A stretch of 64,000 bases of DNA, from positions 160,001 through 224,000 of the forward strand of contig CAVSZB010000007.1 in assembly GCA_963732385.1 (NCBI GenBank), read 5' to 3'. The stretch's first letter is position 1, and each line of letters opens with the position of its first letter. Origin of the DNA: an uncultured bacterium. Its GTDB lineage: Bacteria > Krumholzibacteriota > Krumholzibacteriia > LZORAL124-64-63. The notes below the pieces were generated by a model that was given only the letters and a program-made list of their open reading frames with translations, did no database searches and was not told the origin of the DNA. Below, piece by piece: positions 26,749 through 37,764 of this stretch. A program made the position numbers and the translations under genes.

Positions 26749-28782
26749 GTGAGCGATTTCGACCTGCAGGCGCCGTTTCCGCCGTGCGGCGACCAGCCCG
26801 CCGCGATCCTGGCGCTCACGGAAGGGGTGCGCCGCGGCGACCGCTTCCAGACCCTGCTCGGCGTGACCGGCTCGGGCAAGACCTTCACGCTGGCGAACGT
26901 GATCGCCGCGCTCAACCGCCCGACCCTCGTGTTCAGCCACAACAAGACCCTCGCAGCGCAACTCTACGGGGAATTCCAGGGCTTCTTCCCGCGCAACGCG
27001 GTCGAGTACTTCATCTCCTATTACGACTACTACCAGCCCGAGGCGTTCATTCCCGCCTCGAACACCTATATCGAGAAGGACGCCAGCATCAACGAGGAGA
27101 TCGAGCGGCTGCGCCTGCGCACGACCAGCTCCCTGCTGGCGCGCCGTGATGTGCTGGTGGTGGCGAGCGTGTCGGCGATCTTCGGCCTGGGCAATCCTGA
27201 GACGTTCCGTCGCAATGTGCTGCCGCTCGCCGTCGGCATGACGCTGGCCCGTGACGATCTGTTGCGGAGGCTGGTGGAGATCCATTACCACCGCAACGAC
27301 GCCTCGCCCGGCCCGGGAGATTTCCGGGCGCGCGGCGATGTCGTCGAGATCCGCGCGGCGCACGAGGAGCGCATCCTGCGCGTGGAAATGTGGGGCGACT
27401 CTGTGGAGCGGCTGGTCTGGGCCGACGCGCTGAGCGGACGCACGCTCGAGACGGTGGCCGACACGGCGGTGTACCCGGCGCGCCAGTTCGTCGCGGAGCG
27501 GGAAGGGCTGGGGCCGATCCTCGACGAGATCGCCCGCGATCTCGAGGTGCGCCTCGGCGAGCTTGACGCGGCCGGCCGGGGGCTTGAGGCGCAGAGGCTC
27601 GCTTCGCGCGCGCGGTACGACCTGGAGATGATCCGGGAGGTCGGCTACTGCGCCGGCATCGAGAACTACTCGCGCTACTTCGACGGTCGCCGGCCGGGCG
27701 AGCGGCCCGCCTGCCTGCTCGACTACTTTCCTCGCGACTATCTGCTGGTGATCGACGAGTCGCACGTGACGCTGCCGCAGCTGAGGGCGATGTACAATGG
27801 CGACCGCTCGCGCAAGGAAACGCTGGTGGAGCACGGCTTCCGCCTGCCGAGCGCGCTCGACAACCGTCCGCTGCGTTTCGCGGAGCTCGAGGCGCTCGTG
27901 CCGCAGACGATCTTCGTTTCGGCCACGCCTGGTGACTGGGAGCTCGAGCAGTCGGGCGGCGTGATCGTGGAGCAGGTGATCCGTCCGACCGGTCTGGTGG
28001 ACCCCGAGATCATCGTTGCGCCGGCCGTCACGCAGGTCGACGACCTGATCGGACGGGTGCGCGTGGTCGTGGCGCGTGGCGAGCGGGTGCTGGTTACTAC
28101 CCTCACGAAGAAGATGGCGGAGGATCTGACCGAGTATCTGCAGCGGCTCGGCATCCGGGTCTCCTACCTGCACTCCGACATCCTCGCGCTCGACCGCGTG
28201 GAGATCCTCCGGGCGCTGCGTCTCGGCGAGAGCGACGTGCTGGTGGGGGTGAACCTGCTGCGCGAGGGGCTCGACCTGCCGGAGGTATCGCTCGTGGCGA
28301 TTCTCGACGCCGACCGCGAGGGTTTCCTGCGCTCAGGCCGCAGCCTGATCCAGACCGCGGGGCGTGCGGCGCGCAACAGCAACGGCCAGGTGCTCATGTA
28401 CGCGGACAAGCTGACCGATTCGATGCGCTATGCGATCGCGGAAACCGAGCGTCGGCGATGCCGCCAGCTGGCGTACAACGCGGAGCACCATATTTCGCCG
28501 CAGACCATCCTCAAGACCCGCGCGGAGATCATGCAGGCGACCTCCGTGGCGGGCGATCGGGGACGGGAACGCGTCGGCGCGTCGGACGCCTCGCCGTGGA
28601 AACGGCTGGCGGCGGCGGGACTGTCGCCGGGTGAGATGATCGAGGCGTTGAACGAGGAGATGGAGGCCGCGTCGCGGCGACTCGAGTTCGAGCTGGCGGC
28701 CACGCTGCGCGACCGGATCGACGAATTGCGCGGACAGTGGGGCCTGCCCGCCGTCCGCCGCGCGAAGGGAGGTCGCCGATGA
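26749..28782 (+). CDS. uvrB: Excinuclease ABC subunit B
   Basis: [23 protein letters not shown] beta-hairpin, [27 protein letters not shown] motifs; C-terminal UVR domain. Confidence 0.97.
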   Translation: MSDFDLQAPFPPCGDQPAAILALTEGVRRGDRFQTLLGVTGSGKTFTLANVIAALNRPTLVFSHNKTLAAQLYGEFQGFFPRNAVEYFISYYDYYQPEAFIPASNTYIEKDASINEEIERLRLRTTSSLLARRDVLVVASVSAIFGLGNPETFRRNVLPLAVGMTLARDDLLRRLVEIHYHRNDASPGPGDFRARGDVVEIRAAHEERILRVEMWGDSVERLVWADALSGRTLETVADTAVYPARQFVAEREGLGPILDEIARDLEVRLGELDAAGRGLEAQRLASRARYDLEMIREVGYCAGIENYSRYFDGRRPGERPACLLDYFPRDYLLVIDESHVTLPQLRAMYNGDRSRKETLVEHGFRLPSALDNRPLRFAELEALVPQTIFVSATPGDWELEQSGGVIVEQVIRPTGLVDPEIIVAPAVTQVDDLIGRVRVVVARGERVLVTTLTKKMAEDLTEYLQRLGIRVSYLHSDILALDRVEILRALRLGESDVLVGVNLLREGLDLPEVSLVAILDADREGFLRSGRSLIQTAGRAARNSNGQVLMYADKLTDSMRYAIAETERRRCRQLAYNAEHHISPQTILKTRAEIMQATSVAGDRGRERVGASDASPWKRLAAAGLSPGEMIEALNEEMEAASRRLEFELAATLRDRIDELRGQWGLPAVRRAKGGRR

Positions 28783-29669
28783 ACCCGCGCCCGGTGCCCG
28801 GCTTTCCCGATTCCGCGTGGCTGCGTGCGCTGGTGCGTCAGGCTCTGGCCGAGGACGTCGGCGGGGGCGACATCACCACCGCCCTTGCCGTGGCGACCGG
28901 GGCGCGCGCCGCGGGGCGGATCGTGTCGCGGCGCGCCGGGGTCGTGGCTGGACTGGCGCTGACGGAACTGGTGTGGGGCGAACTGTCGGCCGCCGTGACG
29001 GTGACGGCGCGCGTCGACGACGGCGCGGCCGTCACGCCCGGCATGGTCGTGGCGGAGATCGCGGGGCCGGCCGCGGCGATCCTGACCGGTGAGCGCACGG
29101 CGTTGAACTTCCTGCAGCACCTCAGCGGCATCGCCACGCTGACGGCGCAATTCGTGGCAGCGGTGGCGGGCACCGACTGCCTGGTGCTCGACACCCGCAA
29201 GACCATCCCCGGCTATCGCGCACTCGCCAAGTACGCGGTGCGGGCCGGGGGCGGGGCGAACCACCGTTTCGGCCTGTACGACCGCTTCCTGCTCAAGGAC
29301 AACCACTGGCTCGCGGCCGCCGCCGACCTGGCGACTTTGGTGGCCCGCGCGCGTCGGGAGCAGCCGGATCTGGCGATCGAGATCGAGGTGGATGGTCTGG
29401 CGCAGTTGCAGTCCGTGCTGCCGCTCGGAGTCGACTGGATCCTGCTCGACAATTTTGAGCCGGCGGGGGTGATCGCCGCGGTCGCGCTGCGCGATGCGGT
29501 CGACCCCGCCCGCCGCAGCCGCCTCGAGGTGTCGGGTAACGTGACCCTGGATTCCGCCGGCGCGTTCGCGGCGGCCGGCGCCGACGCGATTTCGATCGGC
29601 CGCCTGACGCACTCCGCGCCGGCCCTCGATCTGGCGCTCGACTTCCCGCCCCCGGGAGGCCCCGCGTGA
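28779..29669 (+). CDS. nadC: Nicotinate-nucleotide diphosphorylase (carboxylating)
   Basis: ERTALNFLQHLSGIAT, DTRKTIPG, NHRFGLYD, LLKDNH, ILLDN motifs; ATGA overlap with uvrB. Confidence 0.95.
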   Translation: MNPRPVPGFPDSAWLRALVRQALAEDVGGGDITTALAVATGARAAGRIVSRRAGVVAGLALTELVWGELSAAVTVTARVDDGAAVTPGMVVAEIAGPAAAILTGERTALNFLQHLSGIATLTAQFVAAVAGTDCLVLDTRKTIPGYRALAKYAVRAGGGANHRFGLYDRFLLKDNHWLAAAADLATLVARARREQPDLAIEIEVDGLAQLQSVLPLGVDWILLDNFEPAGVIAAVALRDAVDPARRSRLEVSGNVTLDSAGAFAAAGADAISIGRLTHSAPALDLALDFPPPGGPA

Positions 29670-30589
29670 AAAGGCTGCCGCGTCAGGACTGGTTCGGTCT
29701 GGCCGCCTTCGAGCCGGGGGCCGGTCGCACCCGGGCGGGGGCGCCGTTATACCTGCTCGAAAGTGTCGACTCCACGAGCGATTTTCTGCTGGGCCGTGGC
29801 GCGGGGGGAGTCGGCCGGGTCTGCGTATGGGACGGCTGGGGCTGGCAGGCGCCGCGACAGCAGCGTCTCTCCCCGCCGGCCTCGCCCGCGGTGGGGGCGG
29901 TGGCGGTGGCGCGTCGCCAGACCCGTGGGCGGGGACGGATGGGCCGGACGTGGGTCAGCGTCGAGGGGTTGTTGCTGTCATGGCTCGTGCCATCGGCGCC
30001 GACGCGCAGCGCGGCGAGTCTTGCGGTCTGGGCCGGTCTGGTGGCGGCGATCGTTTTGCGGGAGGAGTTCGGGCTCGCGGTCGATCTGAAATGGCCCAAC
30101 GATCTGCTGATCGGGCCGCGCAAGCTCGGCGGGCTGCTGCTGGACGCTGCGCGTACGCCGACGGGACCGCGGCTGGTCGCGGGGCTGGGCCTGAATCTGG
30201 CCGTGGCCGCGGCCGATCTGCCGGACGACCTGCGCGGTCACGCCACCTCCTTCCGCATCGAGAAGGTGCGCGTGCCGCAGCCGGCGATCGTGGCCGGTGC
30301 GATCCTGGCGCGCTTCGACGCCGAACTGCCGTCGTTTCGCGCCGACGGCTGGCCGCCGTACCTCCGACGTTTCGCCGCCTGCGACCGGTTGCGGGGGCGG
30401 CGCATCACCCTGGCCACCGGGCAGGGACCGGTGGCCGGGCGCGCCGCGGGAATCGACGAGACCGGCGCGCTGCTGCTGCGGCGGTCGGACGGCAGCGTGG
30501 CGCGTCTGCTCGCGGGCGATGTGCATGTGGTCGATGTGGCGGAGCGTCCGGCCGGGGGGAGGGCGCATGGCTCGCGTGCTCGTGATTGA
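29666..30589 (+). CDS. birA: Biotin--[acetyl-CoA carboxylase] ligase (no N-terminal HTH evident)
   Basis: VDSTS, QTRGRGRMGRTW, LKWPNDL, RKLGGLL, GIDETGALLL motifs. Confidence 0.9.
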   Translation: MKRLPRQDWFGLAAFEPGAGRTRAGAPLYLLESVDSTSDFLLGRGAGGVGRVCVWDGWGWQAPRQQRLSPPASPAVGAVAVARRQTRGRGRMGRTWVSVEGLLLSWLVPSAPTRSAASLAVWAGLVAAIVLREEFGLAVDLKWPNDLLIGPRKLGGLLLDAARTPTGPRLVAGLGLNLAVAAADLPDDLRGHATSFRIEKVRVPQPAIVAGAILARFDAELPSFRADGWPPYLRRFAACDRLRGRRITLATGQGPVAGRAAGIDETGALLLRRSDGSVARLLAGDVHVVDVAERPAGGRAHGSRARD

Positions 30590-31370
30590 TGTCGGCAACA
30601 GTCGCGTGGCGGTGGCGCTCTGGACCGCCACACCGCTCGCGTCAGGCGGCGCAGACGCGGACGCGCCGCCAGGCGGTGTCCCCGCCGGGAACGTACGCCG
30701 TCTGCGCGAGTGGCCCACCCCGCGCGACGCGGCGGCGCGGACCGTGCTCGCCGACGCTCTTGCCGTCCTGGCCGCGGCCGAGGGGACGACCGGCGCGGCG
30801 ATCGTTTCGGTCGTGCCGAAGTGCGGCGCGGCGCTCCTGTCGGCGCTGCCGGGGGCGGTGCCGGCCGACCACACCTCCATGCTGCCGTTCGCGCTGGGCG
30901 TGGCGGAACCGGCGGCGGTCGGTGCTGATCGCTACTGCAACATGGCGGCTGCCGTGGATCGTGGCTGGCGCGATGCCCTTGTCGTCGATGCCGGCACCGC
31001 CACCACCTTCGATCTGCTGGCGGACGGCTGTTTCCGGGGCGGCCTGATCGCGCCGGGGATGGCGTTGGCGGCGCGAAGCCTCGGCGAGGCGGCGGCGCGC
31101 CTGTCGCCGGTGCGGTTCGCCCCCTGTCCGCTCGAGATCGGCGCCTCGACCGCCGCGGCGATGCAGGCCGGCGCCTTCCATGTCGGGGTGCGCGGGGTGC
31201 TGGGCGTGGTGGACGGCCTCCTGGAGCGCTACGGCCCCCGCCCCGTGGCGGTCACGGGCGGGCTGGGCGCGCACCTCGCACGTCCCGGCTGGTTGCACGA
31301 CCCCGACTGGACGCTGCGGGGGGCGCTTCGCCTGGCCTTGCCCCGTTTGCGCGACGCGGGCGTTATCTAG
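30567..31370 (+). CDS. coaX: Type III pantothenate kinase
   Basis: IDVGNS, VGADR, VVDAGTATTFD, GGLIAPG, VTGG motifs; downstream of birA. Confidence 0.92.
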   Translation: MARVLVIDVGNSRVAVALWTATPLASGGADADAPPGGVPAGNVRRLREWPTPRDAAARTVLADALAVLAAAEGTTGAAIVSVVPKCGAALLSALPGAVPADHTSMLPFALGVAEPAAVGADRYCNMAAAVDRGWRDALVVDAGTATTFDLLADGCFRGGLIAPGMALAARSLGEAAARLSPVRFAPCPLEIGASTAAAMQAGAFHVGVRGVLGVVDGLLERYGPRPVAVTGGLGAHLARPGWLHDPDWTLRGALRLALPRLRDAGVI

Positions 31371-32430
31371 GCGCGCGGGGAGCGGTGGACGGGACCGGCT
31401 CGTGTCCTGTCCGCCAGCCGGTCGAGTCGCCTTCGGCGTTGCCTTCGGTTTGCGTCCGCACCGCCAGCACGGAGCTGCCGGTGTCGCAGTCCGTCGCGGC
31501 CCCCTGCGGGCTGTCGAGAATGGCGCACTCCGTAAGCAGGACCCGCGCGCCGCCGCGCAAACAGAGTCCGGCGCCGGCGCCGGCGCTGTTGCCGATCAGA
31601 CGGCAGCGCGCGAGCCGTGGGCCGGCGGCGTTGATGAACAGGCCTCCGCCCAGGGTTGCGGTGTTCTCAGTGATCACGCCGTCGTTCATCTCCAGCGCCC
31701 CCCCCTGCTCGCAGACGAGAGCGCCGCCGGTCGTGGCGGAGTTGTGCGTGAAGCGGCAGCCCTCCAGCCGTCCTGCCCCCATGATGAAGGCCGCCCCACC
31801 GCCGCTGCCGGCCGTATTGTCCGCGACGTCACAGTCGATCAGCACAGGGGTGCTCCTGAACGACAACAGCCCGCCGCCGTAGGTGGCCGTGTTGCCCAGG
31901 AAGACGCAATGTTCGAAGCGGGGCGCGGCGCCCTCCTCGCACGCCACGGCGCCGCCCGTTGTCGCGCGACAGGCGGTGAAGACACAGGCGACGAATTGCG
32001 GGGAGGCGCTGCGGCAGAGCACCGCGCCGCCCGACCCGGCCGGCGGCCGATCGCCCAGCGCCTGGCCGTGACGGATCGTCAGGCCGCTCACCCGCGAGCC
32101 GTTGCCCTCGCCGTTCTGAAACTGCAGGCCGCGGTGCGGGGCGCGCCAGTCGTCTCCGGCGCAGTCGAGCACGCAGCGATCGGGATCGCCGCTGCGGGAG
32201 CGCAGGCTGAGCGCCTTGCCCCGGAAGTCCAGATCGCGGTTGCCCTCGCCGGTGTAGATGCCGTCGTCCAGTTCGACCACGTCGCCTGGCGCGGCGGCGT
32301 CGAGCGCCGCCTGGATGCGCGGCCAGGGGCCGGTGCCGTCGGGGGAGACGCGCAGGATCGCCGCCGGCGTCGCCCCGGCCTGGAACAGGCCGAGCAGCAG
32401 CACGGCGGCTGTAAGGAGTCGCCGGCTCAT
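31363..32430 (-). CDS. Secreted right-handed parallel beta-helix (pectin-lyase-like) repeat protein
   Basis: Signal peptide; IQAALDAAAPGDVVELDDGIYTGEGNRDLDF; repeated FxxNxAxxGGA/G units. Confidence 0.82.
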   Translation of the reverse strand: MSRRLLTAAVLLLGLFQAGATPAAILRVSPDGTGPWPRIQAALDAAAPGDVVELDDGIYTGEGNRDLDFRGKALSLRSRSGDPDRCVLDCAGDDWRAPHRGLQFQNGEGNGSRVSGLTIRHGQALGDRPPAGSGGAVLCRSASPQFVACVFTACRATTGGAVACEEGAAPRFEHCVFLGNTATYGGGLLSFRSTPVLIDCDVADNTAGSGGGAAFIMGAGRLEGCRFTHNSATTGGALVCEQGGALEMNDGVITENTATLGGGLFINAAGPRLARCRLIGNSAGAGAGLCLRGGARVLLTECAILDSPQGAATDCDTGSSVLAVRTQTEGNAEGDSTGWRTGHEPVPSTAPRAPR

Positions 32431-34070
32431 CGCGCCGCCTTCCCCTGGGTTGCCGGAAGAGCCTCGGCGGCGCCGGTGCCCTCGCGCAGGCGGTAGGCGG
32501 CTCCGGGGCGGGGCAGGGTGACCCGTTCGGTCCGGCCGGACGGCCAGCGCACCTCGACGGTGAACGGGCCGGCTGCCGCGCCGATGCCGAAGTGCAGCGG
32601 CTGGATGGCGCTCCCGAACGGCGTGGCCACGGAATCGACGCGGCGGACCTGCCGGCGGCCGTCGAGCGAGAGTTCCGCGGTCGCGCCGAGCGCCTGCGCC
32701 GCACCGTCGGCGGGGGCCAGATCGAGAGTCACCCCGCGTTTATCCCGGCTCTGGTTGCGGTAGAGCACGAATGCGTCGCGCGGCAGCGGCGCATCGCCGC
32801 CGCCATTGCCGGTCAGCAGATCGAGGTCGCCATCGCGGTCGAGATCGGCGGCCAGCAGCGACTCGGGGTGGCCGCCGGGCGGGCCGCCGCCACCCCAGCG
32901 GACGGTTACGTCGGCGAAGTGCCCGGCGCCGTCGCCCCGCCAGATTCGGTTCAGGAGGCCGTCGGCTGGCTCGCGGCGGGCCACACAGAGATCGAGCGCG
33001 CCGTCGTTGTCGAAATCCGCGAGCAGGGCGGCCACCGGATCGCCGCCGCAGGCGAGTCCGGCGGTCGCGTCGGCGGGGATGAAGCGGGGGGCGCCAGGGG
33101 TCGATACGTTGAGCCACAACTCGACCGGTTCGCGTCGCGGCTCGATCTGAGGGTCCGGACGATGCAGCAACACGAGGTCCGCGTCGCCGTCACCGTCGAC
33201 ATCGCCGGCCGCGGCGTGGACCGGGACATGCGGCCAGAGCGCCGGTTTGAGCCCCGAAGCGACGGTGAGGTCACGCAGCCGAGCGCCGTCGTTCCACCAG
33301 AGCCCGCAGAATCCGGGGCGCCCGAGCGCGAGCAGGTCGGTGCGTCGGTCGCCGTCCAGATCGGTGGTGACGGCGGCGTGCGTCCAGGCGGAGCGGGCCC
33401 GCTCGTCCGGTCCGGGCGCGGGCCGGCCGGGCGCCCACAGATCGACTGCCGGTGGCGTCGGCAGGCGGCTGGTGGCGTCGTGCCAGGCGTGGCCGTCGAA
33501 TGCCAGCAGGCGGACCGCGCTCTGGTAGTTGAGCAGCAGCAGTTCGGGCCGCGCGTCGCCGTCGAAATCGGCCCAGAGCGCGCCGCGGCCGCGGCCGGTC
33601 GGATTGCCGGTGAGCGGATCGCCCGCCGCGGCGTCGCGAAAGCGCAGGGGGGCCAGCTGGACCCAGATCTGGCACCAGCCGAGGTCGGTGCCCTTCTCGG
33701 AGCCTCCGGCGATCCAGAGATCCCAGTCGCCGTCGCCGTCGAAATCGCACGGCGCCGCCGCGTGCTGGTCGCGCGGGCCGGACGGCAGTGCAGCGTCAGG
33801 CGGCGGCGGTGCAAAGCGCAGCCCGCCCCGGTTGAGACGCAGCTCGGGATGATCGCTGTGGAGCGACAGGAGAAGATCGGGCCAGCCGTCCCGGTCGAGG
33901 TCCGCCGGCACGGCGCCGTAGCTCTTGCCCGTTTCGGGCAGGTCGGAGTCGACCCGTCGGAACAGCTCGCCGTCGTCCGTCCGGCGGGCACAACCCGACG
34001 CGAGGGCGAAAATCGTCGCCAGCACCAGACCGCCGTGGACAGGCCACTTCCTCAAGCTTCCTCCGGACAT
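32427..34070 (-). CDS. CRTAC1-like FG-GAP repeat lipoprotein with ASPIC/UnbV C-terminal domain
   Basis: Lipobox LASGC; many DxDxDG loops; C-terminal ALGA...QPLHFGIG...VEVRWPSG. Confidence 0.85.
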   Translation of the reverse strand: MSGGSLRKWPVHGGLVLATIFALASGCARRTDDGELFRRVDSDLPETGKSYGAVPADLDRDGWPDLLLSLHSDHPELRLNRGGLRFAPPPPDAALPSGPRDQHAAAPCDFDGDGDWDLWIAGGSEKGTDLGWCQIWVQLAPLRFRDAAAGDPLTGNPTGRGRGALWADFDGDARPELLLLNYQSAVRLLAFDGHAWHDATSRLPTPPAVDLWAPGRPAPGPDERARSAWTHAAVTTDLDGDRRTDLLALGRPGFCGLWWNDGARLRDLTVASGLKPALWPHVPVHAAAGDVDGDGDADLVLLHRPDPQIEPRREPVELWLNVSTPGAPRFIPADATAGLACGGDPVAALLADFDNDGALDLCVARREPADGLLNRIWRGDGAGHFADVTVRWGGGGPPGGHPESLLAADLDRDGDLDLLTGNGGGDAPLPRDAFVLYRNQSRDKRGVTLDLAPADGAAQALGATAELSLDGRRQVRRVDSVATPFGSAIQPLHFGIGAAAGPFTVEVRWPSGRTERVTLPRPGAAYRLREGTGAAEALPATQGKAAR

Positions 34071-34140
34071 CGGTAGCAAGGCATAGCAAGCATAGAGTTA
34101 CGGGATCGGAGAAAACAACAGGCAATGTGACGTTCGTATC

Positions 34141-34176
34141 ATGACATCATTATGACAAAATGGCGCTTTTATGACA
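34141..34176 (-). promoter_or_regulatory. Pho-box-like tandem direct repeats (OmpR/PhoB-family site)
   Basis: Minus strand TGTCAT-AAAAG-CGCCAT-TT-TGTCAT-AATGA-TGTCAT, i.e. two pairs with 11-nt period, upstream of the CRTAC1-like gene. Confidence 0.5.
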
Positions 34177-34205
34177 CGCAGGCCGGCGCTGGCCTAAAAA
34201 CACTC

Positions 34206-34270
34206 TTGCCAGGAGTAGCGGGACGGCTATATTGAGCCGGTGATTGGCAGACGAGCACACCAAGTGCTGA
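34206..34270 (+). promoter_or_regulatory. groESL promoter with degenerate CIRCE (HrcA operator)
   Basis: TTGCCA-16 nt-TATATT (34206-34233), then TTGGCAGAC-N9-AAGTGCTGA (34244-34270) vs consensus TTAGCACTC-N9-GAGTGCTAA (13/18). Confidence 0.65.
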
Positions 34271-34313
34271 TATTGCCGTTCAAAATGCTGTAACGGGAAG
34301 GGAGGAGACCACG

Positions 34314-34601
34314 ATGAGCATGACCATCAAGCCGCTGGCTGACCGCGTTCTCGTCGAGCCGCTCGAGGGCGAGACCATGAAGGGTGGCATCATCATCCCC
34401 GACACCGCGAAGGAAAAACCGCAACAGGGCAAGGTCATCGCGGTGGGTCCAGGTCGCACGGGAGACGACGGCAAGCGCATCGCGCCCGAGGTGAAGAAGG
34501 GCGATACGGTGCTCTACGGCAAGTACTCCGGCACCGAAGTGTCGGTCACGGGCAAGGATTACCTCATCCTGCGCGAGGGCGACATTCTCGCCATTCTGTA
34601 A
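34314..34601 (+). CDS. groES: Co-chaperonin GroES
   Basis: [33 protein letters not shown] motifs; GGAGGAG RBS. Confidence 0.98.
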   Translation: MSMTIKPLADRVLVEPLEGETMKGGIIIPDTAKEKPQQGKVIAVGPGRTGDDGKRIAPEVKKGDTVLYGKYSGTEVSVTGKDYLILREGDILAIL

Positions 34602-34673
34602 TTGCGCCGGCGCCCCCTGTGGGCGCAGCCGGCTGAATGACACGGGATCAGCGACAGAGCTAAGGAGTGATGA

Positions 34674-36308
<1,635 letters not shown>

Positions 36309-36334
36309 ACGTCGGGCCTGCGCGACGGAGGTAC

Positions 36335-36368
36335 AAAGGGCGGTCTCCCCCGGGAGGCCGCCCTTTTC
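36335..36368 (+). terminator. Intrinsic terminator of groESL
   Basis: AAAGGGCGGTCTCCC-CC-GGGAGGCCGCCCTTTT. Confidence 0.85.
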
Positions 36369-36376
36369 GTTGTCAA

Positions 36377-36504
36377 CTCCGCCCGGCGAGGGGCGGGGGC
36401 GCGTCCGCTCGCGCGGCCGCGCGTCCACCGCTCGCCGGCTGCGCCGGCGGCAGTGGTCGCGCGGATGCGCTCCCGGGCGCGCCCCCGCCCCTCGCCGGGC
36501 GGAG
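36377..36504. repeat. 128-bp fold-back element with perfect 27-bp terminal inverted repeats (REPIN/MITE-like)
   Basis: CTCCGCCCGGCGAGGGGCGGGGGCGCG (36377-36403) and its exact reverse complement (36478-36504); interior is also partly self-complementary. Confidence 0.75.
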
Positions 36505-36618
36505 GCGATGGCGGAAAAGGCGGCGACGTTGGCAGAGGAGGCGGCCGTTGACACGGCGTCGGGCGTGGCGATGCAAGCTGCCGTTGGCGGGTGGGGCAGG
36601 ATGGCCTAGATTCTGGGC

Positions 36619-37752
36619 ATGCGCATTCTGCAGATCGGGAAATACTATCCACCCAGCCGTGGGGGCATGGAGACGGTGCTGCGCCTCATGTGCGAGGGGC
36701 TGCTTGATCGCGGGCACGAGGTGACGGCGCTGGTTTCGGGGCAGGGGTGGAAAGATCGACGGGAAATGATCGCGGGGCCGCGATCGGGGCGCGAGGGGCG
36801 GTTGCTGCGGGCCGGCACGTCGGCGACGTTCAACGGGCAGCCGCTCTCGCCGGGGTTGCCAAGGCTGCTGGCGGGGGTGCTGCGCGACGAAGCGCCGGAT
36901 CTCGTCCAACTGCATCTGCCGCATCCGGCGGCGTGCGCGGCGGTGTTGTGGGCGTTGCCGCGCGGCGCGGGAGTCGGGCCGGCGCTGTGCGTCTGGTACC
37001 ACGCCGACATTACAAGGCAGCGTCTGGGAGCATGGCTCGTGCGACCGCTGATCCGCGCCTGTCTCGGGCGCGCGGATGGTGTGGCGGTTTCGACGGCGAC
37101 GTTGCGCGACCGCTCTTCGCTGCTGGCGTCGCACCGGGAGCGGGTGCGGGTGATTCCGTTCGGGATCGATGCCGACAGTTGGACCGCCTCGACACCGGCT
37201 CCGGACGGGCCGTTCCTCTTCGTGGGGCGTCTTGTCCATTACAAGGGGCTGCGGCTGCTGTTCGAAGCGGTGCGGCGTACGCCGGAGGCGCGTCTGGTCG
37301 TGGTGGGAGACGGATCGTTGCGGCGCGGCCTCGAACGGCAGGCAGGTGGCGAGGGGCTGGCCGGACGGGTGCGGTTCGCCGGGGAACTGTCGGACGGCGA
37401 CCTCCGGCGCGAGATGGGGGAGGCGCGAGCGCTGGTGCTGCCGAGCGACGGCGAGGGGGAGACCTTCGGGGTGGTGCAGCTCGAAGCGATGGCGGCGGGC
37501 CTGCCGGTGATCTCGACGCGGCTGCCGACCGGCGTGGCGGAGGTCAGCCGCGACGGCGAGACAGGGCGGGTCGTGCCGCCCGGCGACGCAGCGGCTTTGG
37601 CGGCGGCCCTGGCGGAGATCCTGGCTGCGCCCGCAACGGCGCGCGTCTGGGGCGAGGCGGGCCGGAGGCGGGTCGGCGCGCGGTTCGGACGTGACATGAT
37701 GCTCGACGCGCTTGAGGCGTGGTACGCCGAAGCGCGCGCGGGCCGGGGCTGA
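36619..37752 (+). CDS. Glycosyltransferase family 4 (GT-B fold)
   Basis: MRILQIGKYYPP..GGME, WYHADI, FVGRLVHYKG, ETFGVVQLEAMAAGLPVI motifs. Confidence 0.92.
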   Translation: MRILQIGKYYPPSRGGMETVLRLMCEGLLDRGHEVTALVSGQGWKDRREMIAGPRSGREGRLLRAGTSATFNGQPLSPGLPRLLAGVLRDEAPDLVQLHLPHPAACAAVLWALPRGAGVGPALCVWYHADITRQRLGAWLVRPLIRACLGRADGVAVSTATLRDRSSLLASHRERVRVIPFGIDADSWTASTPAPDGPFLFVGRLVHYKGLRLLFEAVRRTPEARLVVVGDGSLRRGLERQAGGEGLAGRVRFAGELSDGDLRREMGEARALVLPSDGEGETFGVVQLEAMAAGLPVISTRLPTGVAEVSRDGETGRVVPPGDAAALAAALAEILAAPATARVWGEAGRRRVGARFGRDMMLDALEAWYAEARAGRG

Positions 37753-37764
37753 GGAGACGGCGGC

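Noticed and set aside
36372..36552. GTCAAC...GTTGAC as IscB/TnpB (HEARO/omegaRNA) element ends
   Set aside because: No IscB, TnpB or TnpA ORF nearby and the spacing is long; kept only as a generic fold-back repeat.
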